A stretch of 64,000 nucleotides of DNA, counting the filler. It is 3 parts of 3 records of this genome, joined end to end, with 100 filler letters (N's around TTAATTAATTAA, not from the genome) between each part and the next. Parts side by side here need not be neighbours in the genome. Positions count along the whole stretch, not along the records: positions 29,087 to 57,897 come from SRR20825006_1337; 2 more parts are not named here. One strand, given 5' to 3'. Position 1 is the first letter of the stretch. Every line of letters begins with the position of its first letter. Position numbers and translations under genes: made by a program. This document shows, one piece after another, positions 29,087 through 39,372 of the stretch. Below the pieces are notes generated by a model. That model was given only the letters and a program-made list of their open reading frames with translations. It had not been told where the DNA came from and did not search any database.

Positions 29087-29144
29087 CTCGGTGGGGGACC
29101 ACCGAGCTACAGGTTGATGGCCGAATTCTGGCGAATCCGGCTAC
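29087..29144 (-). repeat. Two tandem GTAG-type REP-like palindromes
   Basis: Minus strand GTAG-CCGGATTC-GCCA-GAATTCGG (29121-29144) and GTAG-CTCGGTGG-TCCC-CCACCGAG (29087-29110). Confidence 0.7.
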
Positions 29145-29165
29145 GTCGTTTCTGAGGCGAACAAC

Positions 29166-30512
29166 TTAACCGGCCACGGCTTCAGCGACTGATGGTCGTC
29201 GCGTTCGTTCGGACACCTTCGCATACAAACGACGCAAAGCCTTTGTGATCGGTTGCTCGATCCGATTGGTAATTACCAACGCCAATGCGAACGAGAACAC
29301 GATCACAATCGCCAAACATGCCAACGGTGGCAGGCCGGCTTGATCGAACGTGTTCAACAACACGCAGCCAAGGTTGTTGTGACACAGATACAACGCGTAC
29401 GAGATCGCACTGATAGTCACGAAAGGCTTCAATCGCAGGACGGGAATCTTTCCGTACGCGGCCATCGTGACCAGACCAATGATCAGCGCCGTCGCGGCTG
29501 GGTTGTGCTTGCCGTGATCAATGCTGTGGAAGACACCCGCGGCGACAACGATGCCGAGCAAGTTCTTCCACTTTGGACCGACTCCGGTCTTGATCATGTA
29601 GAGCAAGAACCCGATCGCGAACAATGGAACGAAGTCGAGAACCAGCAAGTGCCTGACCGCGGACAGTGCGGCGAACAATGATGTGTGTCCATAGCTGGCC
29701 TGTGCCGCATCCAATGCCGGGCACAATACCAAGGAAGCCGCCAGCAACGATCCCCAACCAACGAAGTAACGCTGCAAGTAGCCTTTGCAGAACAGCGTCA
29801 CCAAGACGAAGTAGAACATCATCTCGACTTGCAAGGTCCACATCACCGGATCGATGCATTCGTAGCCAAAGACACGTGGCATCAACGTCAAATTAGCCAG
29901 GAACTGTTGCGTTGAAACCGGCTGGCCGTTCAGCGGAGCGAACGTCACGATCCAAAGGTTCGCGAAGATCACCATCAGGAACAGTGGCACAATTCGAATC
30001 AATCGAGCAGCCACAAAATCAACAGGCTTGCCACGACGCATCAGCGACATGCTGTTGACGAAACCGCTCAGGATGAAGAAGAGCTCGACTCCGTAGGCAC
30101 CATAAGGCCACTCCCCGCCCAACGGACTGGAGAAACCGAACTTGACGGCGTAAACGTGCGTGAAGTGAAACAGCACCAAGTTGATGGCTGCCATCGCTCG
30201 CAATGCGTCCAGCTCTAAAATCCGGCGATGCGGCTTCAGGGTGGACGGCGTTACGACGGCGTCAGCCTCGCTCGTGTCTTGATCAGAATCTGCCGGCGAG
30301 AAACCAGCGAGAGACACATCACGGCCTTTGCGAACCGCACGTGCCAACTGGCGAACCTCTAGAGAGGACCGGACGGCGGGCAGTATCAGTGCAGACGGTT
30401 CTTCCCAGGTTTCCTGAACGGGCGGATTGTCCCATGCATGCTCAGGCGGAAAATGACCTGAAAAAGGGCCATTCGCCGAGTCGGAATCCGATGGGGATGG
30501 GGCAGATTGCAT
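29166..30512 (-). CDS. Acyltransferase-3 (OafA/YrhL-like) membrane O-acyltransferase; start uncertain
   Basis: LDALRAMA...VLFH, GVELFFILSGF, RLIRIVP, WTLQVEMMFY, ISYALYLCH, IEQP. Confidence 0.88.
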   Translation of the reverse strand: MQSAPSPSDSDSANGPFSGHFPPEHAWDNPPVQETWEEPSALILPAVRSSLEVRQLARAVRKGRDVSLAGFSPADSDQDTSEADAVVTPSTLKPHRRILELDALRAMAAINLVLFHFTHVYAVKFGFSSPLGGEWPYGAYGVELFFILSGFVNSMSLMRRGKPVDFVAARLIRIVPLFLMVIFANLWIVTFAPLNGQPVSTQQFLANLTLMPRVFGYECIDPVMWTLQVEMMFYFVLVTLFCKGYLQRYFVGWGSLLAASLVLCPALDAAQASYGHTSLFAALSAVRHLLVLDFVPLFAIGFLLYMIKTGVGPKWKNLLGIVVAAGVFHSIDHGKHNPAATALIIGLVTMAAYGKIPVLRLKPFVTISAISYALYLCHNNLGCVLLNTFDQAGLPPLACLAIVIVFSFALALVITNRIEQPITKALRRLYAKVSERTRRPSVAEAVAG

Positions 30513-30783
30513 CGTTTAAAAATGGACCGGGAACGAAGAGGATCTCTGTGTCCGCTCAAGGATGGGTCAGCCCCTCCCTCTGCACCATCAATTTTTACTC
30601 GTCTGGTCAAACTCCGATCCTCTGCGTGGAAGACTGCATGGATCAGTCCGAAGTCAACGATGACGCCAATCGGATCAATTTTGCCGGTTCTTGCGACGCT
30701 GGTTTCTATCGGGCCCTTTCGTTTTCGCGGGCGTTCAACGAAACTGCCGCAATTCTTTCGACCATCCAGGCGGAGCCTTCGCC

Positions 30784-32025
30784 ATGAAATATGTCCTGAT
30801 CATTCCCGACGGCTGTGCCGACGAGCCCCTCGAATCACTGAACGGCCGCACACCGCTGCAAGCCGCGAATCTGCCTGCGATGGATCAAATCGCTTCGCGG
30901 GGTCGTGTTGGGGTGACCGACAACACGCCCATTGACTTTCCCGCCGGCAGCGAAATCGCCAACCTGTGCCTGTTGGGATACGATCCGAACGTTTGCTTCA
31001 CCGGCCGAGCCCCCTTGGAAGCCGCTGCCCAGGGCATCGAGCTGGGGCCTTACGATTGCGCCGTGCGATGCAATTTGGTCACCATTCGCGACCAGACGAT
31101 GATCGACTTCACCGCCGATCACATCAGCACCGAAGAAGCGACGACATTGCTGGAAGATCTGTCGAAGGAATTGTTCGGCGAAAACGGACCGCTCAGCGAC
31201 AGCGACTTGGCCGGCCGATTGGAATTTGTCCCCGGAGTCAGCTATCGCAATTTGATGCTGTATCGCGGCGACGCGGATCATCCGTCGCCATTCACCACCG
31301 CGACACGGTCGAGCGCCCCGCACGACTTAACCGATCTAAGCGTGATGGACGATTTTCCGCGTGGTCCCGGCAGTCAGATCTTGGTCGATCTGATGAACGC
31401 GTCGGCCGATATTCTGGCCAAACATCCGATCAACGTCGCTCGCAAAGCGGCCGGTAAAGACGTCGCGACTCATGTTTGGTTGTGGAGCTCGGGCGGAGCA
31501 CCCAAATTGTCGACGTTCGAGGAACGTTATGGAATTCGCGGCGTGATGATCACTGCCGTTGACCTGCTTCGCGGAATCGGTGCCTTGGCCGGTTGGCCAA
31601 GGATCGAAGTCGAAGGAGCCACCGGATACCTCGATACGAATTATGCGGGCAAAGGCGAAGCGGCAATCCAAGCTCTCGCTGACTATGATTTCGTCTGCGT
31701 CCACATCGAAGCTCCCGACGAAGCGTCCCACGAGGGCAACGTCGAAGCCAAGATCGAAGCGCTCCAGCAAATCGACCAGCACATCGTCGCTCCGCTTTGG
31801 GAAGCCCTTTCCAAGTACGACGAACACCGCATGTTGATCTTGCCCGATCACCCAACGTTCTGCCGAACCAAGAAACACACGCACGGTCCGGTCCCACTGA
31901 CCATGGCCGGTACCGGCATCGAATCTGATTCGGCGAACACCTTTGACGAGGTTTCCGCCAACGCATCGGGATGGGTGTTCGATCCCGGTTGGACCATGAT
32001 GGACGCCTACATTCAAAAAGGCTGA
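30784..32025 (+). CDS. apgM: Cofactor-independent phosphoglycerate mutase, ApgM family
   Basis: IPDGCADEP, TPL, GSEIANL.LLGY, HIEAPDEASHEG, PDHPT; GGAG RBS before ATG 30784. Confidence 0.88.
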   Translation: MKYVLIIPDGCADEPLESLNGRTPLQAANLPAMDQIASRGRVGVTDNTPIDFPAGSEIANLCLLGYDPNVCFTGRAPLEAAAQGIELGPYDCAVRCNLVTIRDQTMIDFTADHISTEEATTLLEDLSKELFGENGPLSDSDLAGRLEFVPGVSYRNLMLYRGDADHPSPFTTATRSSAPHDLTDLSVMDDFPRGPGSQILVDLMNASADILAKHPINVARKAAGKDVATHVWLWSSGGAPKLSTFEERYGIRGVMITAVDLLRGIGALAGWPRIEVEGATGYLDTNYAGKGEAAIQALADYDFVCVHIEAPDEASHEGNVEAKIEALQQIDQHIVAPLWEALSKYDEHRMLILPDHPTFCRTKKHTHGPVPLTMAGTGIESDSANTFDEVSANASGWVFDPGWTMMDAYIQKG

Positions 32026-32103
32026 TTCGCCGGGTTCGAGGGCAACGTCGGTTGCTTATCCCCTTCCCCACTCCGCTTCCTTCCGTTTCGCTTCGTCACT
32101 TCC

Positions 32104-33891
32104 ATGTCCCTGATCGTTCAAAAATTTGGCGGCACGTCCGTTGCCGACACCGAAAAGATTCGCGCCGCGGCTCGGAAGGCCATTCGTGCTCAAAAAGCCG
32201 GCCATCGAGTCGTGATGGTTGTCAGCGCAATGGGCAAGAACACCGACACGTTGCTCGATCTGGCGTCGCAAATCAGTGATGAACCACCGGCACGCGAAAT
32301 GGACATGTTGCTCAGCACGGGCGAACAGGTCAGCGTCGCATTGGTCGCGATGGCGATTCATAGCATGGGATCCAAAGCGGTCAGTCTGACCGGCGGCCAA
32401 ATCGGCTTAAAAACCGACAACAGCTTCAGCAAGGCACGAATCCAATCGATCGACACCGGTCGCATCGAACGCTTGCTCGACGCAGGCAACATCGTTGTTG
32501 CGGCGGGTTTCCAAGGCATCGACGATGACCTGAACATCACGACGCTCGGACGAGGCGGCAGCGACACCACCGCGGTGGCGCTGGCTGCTGTTCTGGGTGC
32601 GGACGCTTGCGAGATCAACACCGATGTCGATGGCGTTTACACCACCGATCCACGACTGTTGGCCGAAGCTCGTCGCGTGGACGTGATCAGCTACGACGAA
32701 ATGTTGGAACTGGCGTCTCTGGGTGCCGGAGTGATGCACTCGCGATCCATCGAATTCGCCAAGAAATTCGAGGTACCGATTCACGTTCGCAGCAGTTTCT
32801 CGGACCAAGACGGCACGATGATCGTCGCCCAACCCGAATCGGAAACCGCTCCGGTATCAGGCGCTGCCCTGACCCGAGATGAGGCTCGCGTGACCGTGCT
32901 GGGCGTCCCGGATGTTCCCGGTATGAGCCAAAAGATTTTCTCGGCAATCGCTGCTCAGAAAGTCGCCGTGGACATGGTGGTTCAAAACGTCGGGACGTCA
33001 GGCAAAGCCGATGTCTCGTTCACCGTCGCCGGCGGCGAACTGAAAAAAACTCTCGCTGCACTCGAAGGAATCTTGGATTCACTCGGTGCCGACGGCGTTA
33101 CTCATGATGATCAAGTGTCCAAGGTCAGCGTCGTTGGTTTGGGCATGGCTCACCAAAAGGCCGTCGCCGCCAGCATGTTCCGCGCTTTGGCCGAAGCCAA
33201 CGTGAACATCCACATGATCACGACCAGCGAGATCAAAATTTCGTGCTTGGTCCCTCGCGATCAAGCGAACGAAGCTTTGCGGGCGGTTCACGAAGCGTTC
33301 TCGTTGGACCAACGGCCAAGTGATGCGAAAACATGGAACGAGATCAAGGCGAGCAACGCGAAGGAAGCCGATGTGGCCGATGTCGTCGCACGTCTGCAAA
33401 ACGATGCGCTGGAAGCTCTCACGCTCACCGACATTTCAATCGTTCCCGCTCAAGCCCGCGTGACCCTCGATGGTGTGCCTGACCAAGTCGGTGTGGCAGC
33501 GGACATGTTCGAACAGATCGGTGAAGCCGGCATTTTCGTCGACATGATCGTGCAAGGCTACGACGGCGAAGACGGAAGCACGAGCGTCAGCTTCACGGTC
33601 GAACAAGCCGACCTGGATGCCGCACAAAAGGTTGCTCGCGAGATTTGCGGTAAGCACTCGATGCGAGACGTCCGCGGTGCATCGGGAATCACCAAACTCA
33701 GCGTCAGTGGCATCGGATTGCGAAGCCACACGCAAGTCGGCACGGTGCTATTTGAACAATTGGCCAGCGCCGGGATCAACGTCGAAATGATTGCGACGAG
33801 CGAACTTCAAGTGAACGTGGTCATCCAAAGCGACCAAGCTGGCGACGCCGCTACGAGATTGAAGCAAGCCTTCGCCGAAGCTCTGCACTGA
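32104..33891 (+). CDS. lysC: Aspartate kinase, long form with four ACT domains
   Basis: VQKFGGTSV, TTLGRGGSDTTAV, TDVDGVYTTDPR; duplicated ACT pairs (GVPDVPG...TSEIKIS and GVPDQVG...TSELQVN). Confidence 0.95.
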   Translation: MSLIVQKFGGTSVADTEKIRAAARKAIRAQKAGHRVVMVVSAMGKNTDTLLDLASQISDEPPAREMDMLLSTGEQVSVALVAMAIHSMGSKAVSLTGGQIGLKTDNSFSKARIQSIDTGRIERLLDAGNIVVAAGFQGIDDDLNITTLGRGGSDTTAVALAAVLGADACEINTDVDGVYTTDPRLLAEARRVDVISYDEMLELASLGAGVMHSRSIEFAKKFEVPIHVRSSFSDQDGTMIVAQPESETAPVSGAALTRDEARVTVLGVPDVPGMSQKIFSAIAAQKVAVDMVVQNVGTSGKADVSFTVAGGELKKTLAALEGILDSLGADGVTHDDQVSKVSVVGLGMAHQKAVAASMFRALAEANVNIHMITTSEIKISCLVPRDQANEALRAVHEAFSLDQRPSDAKTWNEIKASNAKEADVADVVARLQNDALEALTLTDISIVPAQARVTLDGVPDQVGVAADMFEQIGEAGIFVDMIVQGYDGEDGSTSVSFTVEQADLDAAQKVAREICGKHSMRDVRGASGITKLSVSGIGLRSHTQVGTVLFEQLASAGINVEMIATSELQVNVVIQSDQAGDAATRLKQAFAEALH

Positions 33892-33916
33892 AGTCACTTC
33901 GATTGATGGCCAACGT

Positions 33917-33940
33917 CCCAGTTCCGGCGAATTCGGCTAC
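33917..33940 (-). repeat. GTAG-type REP-like copy after lysC
   Basis: Minus strand GTAGCCGAATTCGCCGGAACTGGG, similar to 29121-29144. Confidence 0.6.
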
Positions 33941-34086
33941 GCCCATTCATCCCAATTCGTAGGCCAGGTTGTACCTGGCAACCTCGCTCGATGCTTTGGA
34001 ACAAAGCGAGGCGTGCGACCCAAACTCGCTCGCGTCCGCATCACCGCCTCGCATTTCACCCGGCCAGGTGGGACTTGGCCTACGTA

Positions 34087-35511
34087 TTACCGGATGGCAA
34101 CTTCGGTCGGCTTGGGATCTTCGGTGGACTCTTCTTCCGGTTCCGGTGGCGTTTGCAACGAACGCAAGTAGTTGATCAAGTGCCACACGTCGTCTTCTTC
34201 GAACTCGCCATCAACAAACGTCGCCGCTGGCATTGGTGAACCTTCGATGCCTTGCGTGATCCGGATGTACAAATCGTTCGCGGTTCCACCACCGTGGAAC
34301 AATCCAGTTGTGAAGTTTCGTGGCTTGGCGTTGATGGGTGGCAATGCTCCGCGAGCGAGCAAGGGAATCAATGCATCGCGGTTCTCAGGTTTGATGCCAA
34401 TGCCGAGCGTCCACTCCTTTGTCCAATCGTCGAAGTCGGTCGTCTGACCATCGCCCAATCCGTTGACTCCGTGACACTTGCTGCACAGGGCGATCTTGCC
34501 AACGTATAGCTCTTGTCCTCGCTTGATCGACTCAGCCAATGCCTCGGCTTGCTCACCGTTTTGGAAAGCGACGAATTCCTCGTAATTGTCAGCGACAGGC
34601 AGGTCCGCGGGTGGTTCAGGAACTTCGACAATTGCATCAGGAGCAGCCAACCAAGCGTCGGCAATTTCTAGCGCGTAGTCTTCGGCGATCTCCCAACCTT
34701 CTTCGAACAGTTCCTTCTCTTCTTCGTCGGTGGAGTTCTTGTGAGCAGGATTGATGATCCGATCCCCCCCGTCCAAATCCAACTCGAAGATTGCGTCGTC
34801 GATCAAAGTTCGTTCCAACTCACCTCGCCACGAAAGATAGATCACGTAGTCGGTCAAAGCTTCGGTTTGTTGGTCGATTACCTCTTCGTTGACCGCTTCG
34901 ACTTCGTCGTCGCTGAGCGTATCGATCGCTTTGCCAATGTGAGCTTCGATTTGTTCGTCGGTCAACTTGGGCAAAGCAACCATCGCAGTACCTTGGATGC
35001 CGTTTTTGATCAGCGTGGCCAAGTCTTCTCGCGTGGGTTTCTCACCTCGTTCTGTCGATTTGAACTTAAAAATACCTTTGCGGTAGTCGCGAGGATACGG
35101 GTTCAAGATCGCCGATGATGAACCACGTCCATCTCCGCTGATCCCGTGACAAATGGCACAGTGTTTTTGATAGAGCCCACGGCCTTCGGCGTCGGCAGGC
35201 CCTGATGCCATCATCAGGTTGTCGAGCGACACAAGCGATGCGAAGTCCTCGTCTTCCATGGCGACTTCCGGCAACTTGGGTTGCTCCGGAGTCCCAAACA
35301 TTTCAGTCACGATCCAAAACGCATCTTTGGAAGCTTGTTCCATTTCGATGCCTTCCTTCAACTCGTACTTCATTGAATGCACGAGGTTGGGTTCGAACGT
35401 CATCGGTTTCGGTTCGCTGCAACCGCTGATGAATACCGAACCTGCCGCGATCGTGAACGCCCCGGCCAAAGGTGAAAAGGATTTCAGGCAATGAAGAAAT
35501 TTGGACGGCAT
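34087..35511 (-). CDS. Di-heme cytochrome c lipoprotein
   Basis: Lipobox ISGC; heme motifs CAICH and CSKCH; distal Met candidates in GTAM and GSPMP. Confidence 0.85.
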   Translation of the reverse strand: MPSKFLHCLKSFSPLAGAFTIAAGSVFISGCSEPKPMTFEPNLVHSMKYELKEGIEMEQASKDAFWIVTEMFGTPEQPKLPEVAMEDEDFASLVSLDNLMMASGPADAEGRGLYQKHCAICHGISGDGRGSSSAILNPYPRDYRKGIFKFKSTERGEKPTREDLATLIKNGIQGTAMVALPKLTDEQIEAHIGKAIDTLSDDEVEAVNEEVIDQQTEALTDYVIYLSWRGELERTLIDDAIFELDLDGGDRIINPAHKNSTDEEEKELFEEGWEIAEDYALEIADAWLAAPDAIVEVPEPPADLPVADNYEEFVAFQNGEQAEALAESIKRGQELYVGKIALCSKCHGVNGLGDGQTTDFDDWTKEWTLGIGIKPENRDALIPLLARGALPPINAKPRNFTTGLFHGGGTANDLYIRITQGIEGSPMPAATFVDGEFEEDDVWHLINYLRSLQTPPEPEEESTEDPKPTEVAIR

Positions 35512-35545
35512 GATCGTGTTGGCGTGAGATGAGTTGAAATGCGAC

Positions 35546-36772
35546 TCAGGCCAACAATTTGGCCTCTTGGGACAACGATGTCACCATTGTATGCAGTTGT
35601 TCCCGCAATTGGCAAAGCACCGGATCGGCTTCTCCACGAGGTGGCCGGCCGACCGGAACCGGAATGGCTTCTCCGACATCGATGACAACCTTCATCGAAA
35701 GAGACTCCTTCGCTTTCCCAAAAATCGCTTCTTGGATGCGTTGAATCGTTTCCACGATGCGAGTGTCGGTGATTTTCCCCGGTGTTAAGTATTCATCGGG
35801 AAACGAAAGGAGAAACTGTGCCAGGTCCGCGCGTTCCGCGTCGCGACGAAAAGTCGCAGGGTCACGATCCGCATCATCGGTCGCGAAGTAAGTGGCGGAC
35901 ACCGCGGCGCGAATTTTACGCACGCGTTCCCGCACATCCTCAGTGGGCTTCGCCACCAAGCTATACCGTTCTTCCGCCTGCACAAGCAACTGCTCAATCA
36001 ACCGATCTCGTCGAGGACTGAGTTCGCCCGAAGAGGCGTGTCCGGTGAACTCGATCTCTTTGAGTGCCAAATAGGCCTGCGAAACTCGCAGCAATCGTTC
36101 AATCAGTTTGCCGATCGATCCCGGGTTAAAATCCGGTTGCCAACTCAGCGTTCGCTCGAGTTCGGCCAATTGCACATGCGCCCATTCGTGAGCGTCTTCC
36201 AAGCACAAATACTTCAATCCAACCGGGTGAATGACAACTTGCCCCTTCTCTTGCTTGGCTCGTTTCTTCGCGGCGGATCGAGCGATGAATGAAACGCCGT
36301 CGAGCAAAGGTTTCAAAATGTCGTTGGTCCGGTTGGTCGTGCCTTCGGGGAACAAAACCAACGGTCGTTCGCCACTGACCAAAATATCGATCGCTGTTTC
36401 CAAAGCCTTGCGATCATTGCCTTCGCGAAAAATGCTGAAGGCCCCCATCCGCCGAAGTGCAAACTGCTCGAACTTGTTCGTATTGAACAAATGCCAAGAT
36501 GCCATCGCATACAAATGCGTGCGAACCTGACGAGCCAACCACCCCAGCACGATTGGATCGGCGTAGCGGCAGTGGTTGGGCGCGAGGATGATCCCGTGAC
36601 CGGCCTTCAACGATTCGGCAAATCGTTCCGCATTGCGACACTCGCCACTAAGAACGGCCTCCTTCGTTCGAAGGTGCCAATCGATCAAGCGAAAGTTTTG
36701 AATCGCGGTAGGCCAAAGATTTCCGCGATAGGGCGGGACAAATTCGTAGGGCCGATCAAGAACTACAGTCAA
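35546..36772 (-). CDS. PlsC-family (glycerolipid) acyltransferase
   Basis: NHCRYAD (HX4D), FSIFRE, LFPEGT. Confidence 0.85.
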   Translation of the reverse strand: MTVVLDRPYEFVPPYRGNLWPTAIQNFRLIDWHLRTKEAVLSGECRNAERFAESLKAGHGIILAPNHCRYADPIVLGWLARQVRTHLYAMASWHLFNTNKFEQFALRRMGAFSIFREGNDRKALETAIDILVSGERPLVLFPEGTTNRTNDILKPLLDGVSFIARSAAKKRAKQEKGQVVIHPVGLKYLCLEDAHEWAHVQLAELERTLSWQPDFNPGSIGKLIERLLRVSQAYLALKEIEFTGHASSGELSPRRDRLIEQLLVQAEERYSLVAKPTEDVRERVRKIRAAVSATYFATDDADRDPATFRRDAERADLAQFLLSFPDEYLTPGKITDTRIVETIQRIQEAIFGKAKESLSMKVVIDVGEAIPVPVGRPPRGEADPVLCQLREQLHTMVTSLSQEAKLLA

Positions 36773-38301
36773 GACGTCACTTTCGCGAGAAAATATCCCA
36801 GTGCCAATGCGGCGACGAATAGCGAAGTCACCACGGTGCCCAACAAGACCGGATCGATGCCCTTGCTCCGGTTGTCAGCAAGTTGTGTGCGAGTGTCTGA
36901 AGGCTTGCCGCGATCGATGCCCGAACCAACCCCGCGTCGACTTCCTGAACTGGGAGCCCGTGCCGTCGGTCCCTTGTACCCGGACTCGACTTCCAGATCG
37001 AGAAAACTTCCCTCCAACATATCGGCGGGTGTTCCCATCGAACCGACCTTCACCAATCGACCGCTCTCGCTGGCCGCTTGGTTCTGCTCTCGAATCAGCT
37101 TCGAACGGCTGCTCGCCAGCGTGTCGTCGTTTTTGTTCGTCAGAGTGTCTTGGTTGGACTGCGTGACCATCGACCCCGAGCTGCTGTCGAAATCCATCGA
37201 AGACAAACTGCTGTCTTCATCCGGACCTTCGCCCAACCCGACTCGAATCGCTTCGCCCTTGGGTACCGCGGCTGCGAACTTTTCCAAAACCTCGGCCACG
37301 TCGGTGGCGTTTTGATAGCGATAGCGAGGATCCTTTTGGATCATCTTCACCACGATGCCTTCGAGTTCGCCGGGACACTCCGGCCGCAATTCTCGAATCG
37401 CTTTTGGCATCTCGTTTTGGTGCTTCGCGATGCGCTGGGCGAGCGTGCCTTCGGCGAACGGCGGACGACCGGTCAACAAGAAATACAACGTGCAACCAAG
37501 ACCGTAGATATCGACACGGTGGTCGACCGTGTGACTGTTCAGAGCTTGCTCAGGTGCCAAGTAGTCGGCCGTGCCGAGAACATTTTCGTTGTTGGCGACG
37601 GTCAGTGATTCGTCGTCACCGGTTTTTGAAACCAGCGCCAATCCCATGTCCAGCAATCGAACGCGGCCATCGCTGTCGATCAACAAGTTGGCTGGTTTGA
37701 CGTCACGATGCACCACGCCGCGATTGTGCGCGTGCGCCAATCCGCGAGCGGCTTGAGAGATGAGTTCGGCGGCGGTTGAAAAATCCAGCGGTCCGTCTCG
37801 CCGCACCAACACCTGCAAATCCACTCCGTCGACGTACTCCATCACGATGTAGTGGACGTCGCCGTCGTTGTCGATGTCGTGCGCCAACACAATGTTCGGG
37901 TGGTTCAGCGACGCGATCGCTTTCGCTTCCAGTTTGAAGCGAGCCAGATAAGAAGCATCGTTGACGCGTTTCTTCGGCAGCACCTTGATCGCACGCTTGT
38001 CGCCCAAGCCAATGTGCTCGGCCAGATAAACACTGCTCATCCCGCCCGAACCGATGTGACCGAGCAGTTTGTATTTGCCGAGGAAGAATCCCTTGTACTT
38101 CCCGGTGAACAACTTCTCGATGTGCCAATCCGTCAGCAGGCCGGCCTTTTTGTAGGCCAACGCCAACTTCTTCGAACTGGCCGGCAGGTTGCCTTCGCAC
38201 TTCTCACGGACCTTTTTCAGGAACCGTTCCTGCGTGGCTTCGTCGACCAAGTTGCTACGTGCAACCATCTCGACAAATCGTTCCGATGTGATCGAAGCCA
38301 T
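36769..38301 (-). CDS. Hanks-type Ser/Thr protein kinase with C-terminal membrane anchor
   Basis: IGSGGMSSVY, AIKVL, HRDVKPANLL, DMG, GTADYLAPEQ, DIYGLG. Confidence 0.95.
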   Translation of the reverse strand: MASITSERFVEMVARSNLVDEATQERFLKKVREKCEGNLPASSKKLALAYKKAGLLTDWHIEKLFTGKYKGFFLGKYKLLGHIGSGGMSSVYLAEHIGLGDKRAIKVLPKKRVNDASYLARFKLEAKAIASLNHPNIVLAHDIDNDGDVHYIVMEYVDGVDLQVLVRRDGPLDFSTAAELISQAARGLAHAHNRGVVHRDVKPANLLIDSDGRVRLLDMGLALVSKTGDDESLTVANNENVLGTADYLAPEQALNSHTVDHRVDIYGLGCTLYFLLTGRPPFAEGTLAQRIAKHQNEMPKAIRELRPECPGELEGIVVKMIQKDPRYRYQNATDVAEVLEKFAAAVPKGEAIRVGLGEGPDEDSSLSSMDFDSSSGSMVTQSNQDTLTNKNDDTLASSRSKLIREQNQAASESGRLVKVGSMGTPADMLEGSFLDLEVESGYKGPTARAPSSGSRRGVGSGIDRGKPSDTRTQLADNRSKGIDPVLLGTVVTSLFVAALALGYFLAKVTS

Positions 38302-38561
38302 GGCGTGTGGAAAGAAATCCCGCTAGAAGACAAGTCCGTTGCTGAACATCTCGGTGGAAGAGACGCCTTTCAAAGGAAGTGAGCGACGCGGCGAAGGTAT
38401 CCCCGCGCGATCGCCCGCTCAATCAAGTTTAACCAAAACTTCGCGTTCGACAGAACGAAATTGCTGGATTGCCGAACGCCAAGGGCGGAATTGTAAACGA
38501 ATCCGACATCGCTGAGTGGTCGCACCCGTGGCCGTTTCCTGACTCCGTCGAATCATTTTTC

Positions 38562-39371
38562 ATGCCCAACTCGTCGAAGACTCCGCTTCGCCCACTCACA
38601 ACTTCCGACTCGTCGATCCGCAAGCTCGGCGTGATGGCCAAAGTCGCGATCGAAGGCAGGGTCAAAACACGCCTCGGCAACACCATTGGTTTCGACAAAT
38701 CAGCCCAAATTCACCAGCGATTCCTCGATCATCTGTTCAAGGTGTTCCAAGATTGGGGCGACGAGCGGCACTGGGTCGTCTCCCCCATCGAATCCATTTC
38801 TCCGACGACACCCAAACCAACCTCCGATTGGCAAATCATTGACCAAGGTGGAGGAAATTTGGGCGATCGGATGCGGCGATGGTTTGCCAACCACGCCTTC
38901 AGCCACCCTGCCCTGCCCCGCACCCATGCAATTCTGATTGGCGCCGACTGTCCTCTGCTGAGTCCCGCAGAAATGGACCAGACCAGTCGACTCTTTCGTG
39001 ATTGCGACCTGGTACTCGGCCCCGCGACCGATGGCGGCTACTACCTAATCGGGCTATCTGTGCCCGCCGATTCGCCGAACGAAAACAATCCCCCGAACCG
39101 GGACACGCTCCCGTCCCGCACAAGTCTGAACACCCTGTGGAACGACATCCCCTGGAGCACGGATGAGGTTTTCGATCGCACGGTGGCGGCGGCCGAAGCG
39201 ATTGGGCTGCGGATCGGCAGGCTTCCAGTCCGTTCGGATGTCGACACAGAAGAGGATCTGACTGCCCTCCTTCATCAAATTGAACATCCAGTCGACAATA
39301 CGGACGTGTCCTCCGATCACATTGAACTCGCTCGAGACATTCGCCGCATCCTATCTCAACCCATGATCTGA
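38562..39371 (+). CDS. DUF2064 / TIGR04282-like glycosyltransferase-fold protein
   Basis: MAK...GRVKTRL, QGGGNLGDRM, IGADCP, VLGPATDGGYYLIG, IPWST, DVDTEEDL. Confidence 0.82.
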   Translation: MPNSSKTPLRPLTTSDSSIRKLGVMAKVAIEGRVKTRLGNTIGFDKSAQIHQRFLDHLFKVFQDWGDERHWVVSPIESISPTTPKPTSDWQIIDQGGGNLGDRMRRWFANHAFSHPALPRTHAILIGADCPLLSPAEMDQTSRLFRDCDLVLGPATDGGYYLIGLSVPADSPNENNPPNRDTLPSRTSLNTLWNDIPWSTDEVFDRTVAAAEAIGLRIGRLPVRSDVDTEEDLTALLHQIEHPVDNTDVSSDHIELARDIRRILSQPMI

Positions 39372-39372
39372 A

